A stretch of 64,000 nucleotides of DNA from an uncultured delta proteobacterium. Lineage in GTDB: Bacteria > Desulfobacterota > Binatia > Binatales > Binataceae. The notes under the pieces are model-generated. The model made no database searches. It saw nothing but the letters and a program-made list of their open reading frames with translations, and was not told the origin of the DNA. The DNA is taken from the NCBI GenBank assembly GCA_963765675.1, contig CAVXXK010000001.1, forward strand, positions 960,001 through 1,024,000, in the 5' to 3' direction. The position numbers and the translations under genes are program-made. Position 1 is the stretch's first letter. Each line of letters opens with the position of its first letter. Of the stretch, positions 59,456-64,000 are shown one piece after another.

Positions 59456-60037
59456 ATGATTGCTGACCGATTTGTAGTGATACTCGTCCGACATGCGGAG
59501 CCGGTGTTGCCGGGAACGGCTGGCTATGGCGAGGATGATCGTCCCCTGACGGCGGCTGGTTTCGCTGCGGCTGAGCGGTTGGCCGAGGCGCTTGCGGCCG
59601 AAGGTCCCGTTGCGATCTATTCGAGTCCTTACCTGCGTGCCCGGCAGACTGTCGAGCCGCTCGCGCGGTTGCGAGGACTCGTCATCGAGGAAATCGCAGA
59701 TCTGCGAGAGCGACAGCTGTCCGCGGACGCATTGCCGAATTGGCGCGAGGAGCTCAGGCGCTCGTGGAGCGACTTCGCGCACGCCGCGCCGGGCGGTGAG
59801 AGTGGTGCGGCCGCGCAGACTCGTGCGCTTGCGGTGCTCGAACAGATACGTGAGCGCAATCGCACTGGCACCGTCGTAGTCGCGAGTCATGGCAATCTGA
59901 TCGCGCTTGCCCTGAACGCCTTTGTACCTTCGATTGGGTTCGATTTCTGGGCGGCAATTCCGTTGCCGGCGGTTTACCGGCTCGAGTTTGCGCAGAATCG
60001 AGTTGGGGTCACGGGTCCAGGATTACCGGCTCACTGA
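59456..60037 (+). CDS. Histidine phosphatase (phosphoglycerate mutase) family protein
   Basis: VRHAE, SSPYLRARQT, LRE, GES and SHG. Confidence 0.9.
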   Translation: MIADRFVVILVRHAEPVLPGTAGYGEDDRPLTAAGFAAAERLAEALAAEGPVAIYSSPYLRARQTVEPLARLRGLVIEEIADLRERQLSADALPNWREELRRSWSDFAHAAPGGESGAAAQTRALAVLEQIRERNRTGTVVVASHGNLIALALNAFVPSIGFDFWAAIPLPAVYRLEFAQNRVGVTGPGLPAH

Positions 60038-60646
60038 ATCATTCAGGGAAGACGTTGCGAACGGAGTCGTTGGCATCCCGGCGGCGGCGTCGCGAAGCGC
60101 TTGCTCTACGATTCCCGCGTCCGGAATTCCGATCAGAAAATAATGCTCGACACCGGAGGCCGGGCTGCGCTGGATCGACGGATTCGCGAACAGCATCAGG
60201 TTATTGCTGAAGAAAGATCCGGGCGAACCGCGGTAGATCTCGACGGTAGTGCCCAGGCGCACGAAACCGAGTTTCGCGCCGCGAAAATCATCGAGCGCAA
60301 AATCGTATACGCTGTGACGCGGCAGGTTGGATACAACAATTACGCGGCGATTAGTCAGTCCGTAGTAGGTATTGACTACGTACGCGCCGAACAGGACCGA
60401 ATCGACCAGGATCACCGCGGCGAGCGCCCACAGAGCCGCCGAGCCCGGCTTAAGTCCAAGCGGCATCGCGAGCTTAAAGGCAGGAGTGTCGGTTATACCG
60501 TGAATGCCGATCGCGGCAACGATGCATAGCGCGACCAGGGCAATGCGGATGAAAAATCGCGAGGTGCCGTCGGGCTGCGCGCACCAGAGCATCTCTTCGC
60601 CGGGCTGAAGCTCGGCCGCGATAACGGAATCAGCTTGTGATGCCAT
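60023..60646 (-). CDS. Hypothetical membrane protein (bacterial PH-like)
   Basis: LQPGEEMLWCAQP, two TM helices and YGLTNRRVI; RBS GGGAGGG. Confidence 0.7.
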   Translation of the reverse strand: MASQADSVIAAELQPGEEMLWCAQPDGTSRFFIRIALVALCIVAAIGIHGITDTPAFKLAMPLGLKPGSAALWALAAVILVDSVLFGAYVVNTYYGLTNRRVIVVSNLPRHSVYDFALDDFRGAKLGFVRLGTTVEIYRGSPGSFFSNNLMLFANPSIQRSPASGVEHYFLIGIPDAGIVEQALRDAAAGMPTTPFATSSLNDSVSR

Positions 60647-60759
60647 CGTCTTCCCTCCCCGCATGCCCCTCGCAGAGGAGAGCATCCGCGCTCGCGCCGG
60701 TATTGGCAAGGACGAGCGCCCACGAGACCTCATTCGTGAATTCGACCGCAGGGGGAAAG

Positions 60760-60943
60760 GCAGAGCAGCACCCTCACCCACGCGTCACGATGCTTGCGAA
60801 AGAAGCGCAAGCATCGCGCCGCGTCGCCCTCTCCCGAAGGGAGAGGGTATTTCAGATTGCAAACCACGACGTCCCGCGCGTGCAGATTCCCTCTCCCTAC
60901 GGGAGAGGGTGCCGCGAAGCGGCGGGCGAGGGTGCTGCTCTGC
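60760..60943. repeat. MITE/REPIN-like element with 20-bp terminal IR and internal CCCTCTCCC-N3-GGGAGAGGG hairpins
   Basis: GCAGAGCAGCACCCTCACCC / GGGCGAGGGTGCTGCTCTGC (one mismatch); hairpins at 60827-60847 and 60889-60909. Confidence 0.8.
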
Positions 60944-61012
60944 GGCTTTCGATCTGGTAGCTGTGCAAAGTCCTCCGGAGCCAGGGGGTCCAGAACTCGC
61001 GATACTTTGAAA

Positions 61013-63329
61013 TCAGCGGATGATTCGCGATTGATGGAGTGCTGCGATTTTCGCGGCGTCGTAGCCCAGGTACTCGCGGAGAATTTCATCGGTGTGTTGG
61101 CCGAGGAGCGGAGCGGCACGTTCGATTCTTCCTTCGGTTGCGGAAAATTTGGTTAGCATCCCGGTCTGGCGGACTTTGCCGAATTCGGGATGCGTCACCT
61201 CCGCGATCAATTCGTTGGCCGCGATCTGCGGGTCGTCGAACATCTCCTTGAAGTGGCGCACCGGCACGACGGGAACACCGGCAATGCGCAATTGCTCGAC
61301 GATTGCGGTGCGCGGATGGAGCGCAAAAGCGCTTTCGAGCGCGGTGGCGAAGCGGCTATCGGCCGCTTCGGCGCGTGCTGTGTTCCAATCGAGTGCGGGA
61401 ATGGCGGGCATCGCGCCGCGCAGCGCCAGCCACTGCGCGGATTTATCGATCGCAATGAATAGCCATTCGCCGTCCTTGCAGGAGTAGGCGCGCGAGAGCG
61501 CCGTGCTTCCACGGCGTTCCGGGTCGCCGTTTTCGAGGTCCGGGCGCCCCGCATAGAAAATGAACTCACCCGCTTGCAGAGCCATCGCAGCTTGCAGCAG
61601 CGAAGTTTCGCAGAACTGGCCGCGACCGGTCTTCTGGCGCGCGCGCAGCGCTGTCACGCATCCCAGGGCCGAGATCATCGCGCCGCCATAATCGCAGATC
61701 GCGCAGGTAAGATAGACCGGATGCGCGTGCGGGCCGCCCTGCGCCGCCATCACGCCCGAGCGCGCCTGCAATAGCGGATCGAAGCCCGGCTGATTGTGTT
61801 CGGGCCCGCGGTTTCCGAAACCGTTGACCGACATATAGATGAGGCGCGGATTGATAGCGGCGAGAGTTTTATAGTCGTAGCCGAAACGCTGCATCCGGCC
61901 CGGGCGCAGGTTCTCGACCAGCACGTCGGCGCGCGCGGCGAGTTGGTGGATAATCTCGCGGCCTTCGGGTTTCGTCAGATCGACCGCCAGCCCGCGTTTG
62001 CCCTGGTTCCATCCGAGAAAGCCGAAGCCGAAATGGCGAAACGAATCGCCTTCGAGGCTTTCGATCTTGATCACCTGTGCGCCGAGTTGCGCGAGGATCA
62101 TAGGGCCGTAGGAACCGGCGATGTAGCTCGCGAAATCGAGCACGAGAATTCCGTCGAGAGGACCTTTGCCTGAGCGTGGGGACGACATCGGCGCCGCGAC
62201 GCTCGCGCGAGGTTCCGCGAGCCACTCAGTTGCGATGCGTTCGTCACCAACTGCTGGGGCCGGACCTGCGATTTCGCCGGGCGTGTCGTTGAGGAAAAAT
62301 GGCAAGCCCATCTGAACGGTTGCGCCGAGCGTGGGATCGGCGATCTCCTGGCGCATCCCGAGCGCCCGCGTCTGCTCCCATTCGATAAATTCCTGCCGGG
62401 TCATCACGGGGGCGCTGGGAACGTCGGCCTCGCGCAGGATACGCAGCCATTCGGCGCGCGGGCGGGTGCGGATGATTGGCTCGATGATATCCTTGAGCTC
62501 CTGCCAGTGCGCGCTCGGAATTCCCCACGGTGCGTTCTCGAAGCGCTCATCGGCGACCAGGTCCGGGCGCTCGATCGCGATCGCAAATTTGCCCCAGAAG
62601 GTCGCGTTGCCGCATGCGGCGAAGAAGAATTTTTCGTCGCTCGACTGGAACAGCCGGTAAACCGGAATCGGTCCGAGCGGATCCTGCGGACCGTGATAGA
62701 GGCGGGTCAGCGACTCGTGATACAGGATGCCGCCGGTTTGGAGGGAAAACGCGCCCGCCAGCATCGAGGCCTCGACCGCTTGTCCCGCGGCCCCGTCGGC
62801 GCGCGCGTAGAGCGCCGCCGTTGCACCAATCGCCGCCATCAGGCCCGCGGAATAGCTCGCCGCCGGAAACACCAGCGCGACCGGATTCGAGCTTCGCGCC
62901 CACTGGCTGCCGGTGATACCGCCGAAGGCAGCAACCAGGTCGTCATTCGCGTCGAAGTTGGCGAGGGGTCCGCGGCTGCCGAAGGGCGGAACGTTGACCA
63001 CGATCGCGCGCGGATTGATCTCGCGAATCGATTCGTAGCTGAGGCCGAGCGCGGCGAGGCGCGAGACAGTGGCGCCGGTGACGACGATATCCGCCCACCT
63101 GAGAAGCTCCGCCATACGAGGTTTGTTCGCCGGGGTCGGCGGCGTCGAAGAACAACGCGCGTTTGGAGCGGTTGAGGAGATGAAAGCGCGGTGAGCTGCG
63201 ATGTTCCGCGCCGCCAGGCGGTTCGACTTTGATCGTGCGTGCGCCCTGCTCGGCCAAAATCCATGCGGCATATTCCGCGCCCAGGTTGGAATCGAGTTCG
63301 AGAACGTTAACTCCGTCTAGCGCTTTCAT
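61013..63329 (-). pseudogene. Tandem double-domain CaiB/BaiF family III CoA-transferase, frameshifted near 63123
   Basis: The N-terminus MKALDGVNVLEL...IKVEPPGG...NRSKR is in a different frame from WADIVV... and the second domain GPLDGILVLDF...ENLRPG; total length is 3n+1. May be a sequencing error. Confidence 0.85.
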
Positions 63330-63622
63330 CGCGAGCCTCGAAGAAAAAATCGCGCCGCATCGCGCGGCTTGGTCGTGCGGCAATTGTGGTTGAGCACAGC
63401 GCAGAAATGCAAACGGCTCAGATCGTTAGGTAATTTTGGCGGGAAGTCAGAAGAATCCGTGCGAATTCAAGTACGGGCAACCGCACGTTAATTCGCCCGT
63501 AACTTTCGCGGCTTACGTTCGACCCGCCGCGCATTGGTTTGCGACGGCCAAAACCTGACCGGAGGGGATTACTAAAAAGGATACGCGGCCAGGAACTCGC
63601 ACTAGGTAATGGGAGAAATGCG

Positions 63623-63928
63623 ATGAATAGAACGAAGTCGAATAGCCTGACGTTCGGTGGGGCTCTGAAGGTGGGTGCTCTCGCCACGGCGGTCATGCTC
63701 GCAGCCGCGGGATGCTCGGTCCTTTCACCAGCGAGGCCAATTGATCCGCCTGCGTCGTCGGCGCAGACCGCGAGCGCGAAGCCAGTGCCGCCGCCAAACA
63801 TCCTGAATTGCGGCATCGTCAGTATCGGCACGCCGAGCAAATACGCCTGCGACGGCAAAGTATATACGTCGCGGCAGATTAATCAGATGCGCGCCGACTG
63901 GAACGATTCTCAAAAGTCCGTGAACTAG
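63623..63928 (+). CDS. Small lipoprotein
   Basis: RBS GGGAGA, lipobox AAGC and a Cys pair (CGIVSIGTPSKYAC). Confidence 0.7.
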   Translation: MNRTKSNSLTFGGALKVGALATAVMLAAAGCSVLSPARPIDPPASSAQTASAKPVPPPNILNCGIVSIGTPSKYACDGKVYTSRQINQMRADWNDSQKSVN

Positions 63929-64000
63929 CGCTGATACGGGGGCCGATGCGGACCGCTTAACCTCCGCACGCAAACGCGCATGAGCAGCGCGCCGATGCGG

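Noticed and set aside
39105-63130. Programmed frameshifting at the two broken genes (39119, 63123)
   Set aside because: Only 3-nt runs with no slippery heptamer; sequencing indels or recent mutation are simpler explanations.
1-64000. tRNA (including tRNA-Sec), rRNA, prophage or integrase genes
   Set aside because: None recognisable by eye; a tRNAscan/Infernal run would be needed to exclude them formally.

Overview
This is a GC-rich bacterial chromosomal window spanning the probable replication origin (dnaA-dnaN with DnaA boxes). The split atpZ-I-B-E operon, the N-terminally extended ATP synthase c subunit and the gene content suggest a deltaproteobacteria-like lineage, possibly Candidatus Binatota (inference only). 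Housekeeping genes include ribE, an argA-like gene, zwf-fbp-glk-fbaB, selB-selD, mutS2, hemL, the atp F0 genes, dnaA and dnaN. Six accessory items stand out. (1) A ~10 kb co-oriented phospho-signalling cluster encodes vWA, Zn-ribbon-FHA, kinase-FHA, Zn-ribbon-pseudokinase-PP2C, a receptor kinase with a duplicated ectodomain, a membrane FHA protein and a lipoprotein; its linkers carry repeated T-x-x-L/I FHA-docking-like motifs. (2) A Type IIG restriction-modification gene appears to be cargo of a decayed IS1595-family element. (3) selD has an in-frame UGA and a SECIS-like hairpin that the ORF track misses. (4) An Ig-repeat/DUF3494 ice-binding lipoprotein lies next to an OmpA gene. (5) A toxin-antitoxin locus has lost the 5' half of its toxin. 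(6) Several REP/MITE-like palindrome families occupy intergenic spaces. Two genes have single-base frameshifts in short homopolymers, possibly sequencing errors. All calls come from motif recognition by eye; no database searches were run.
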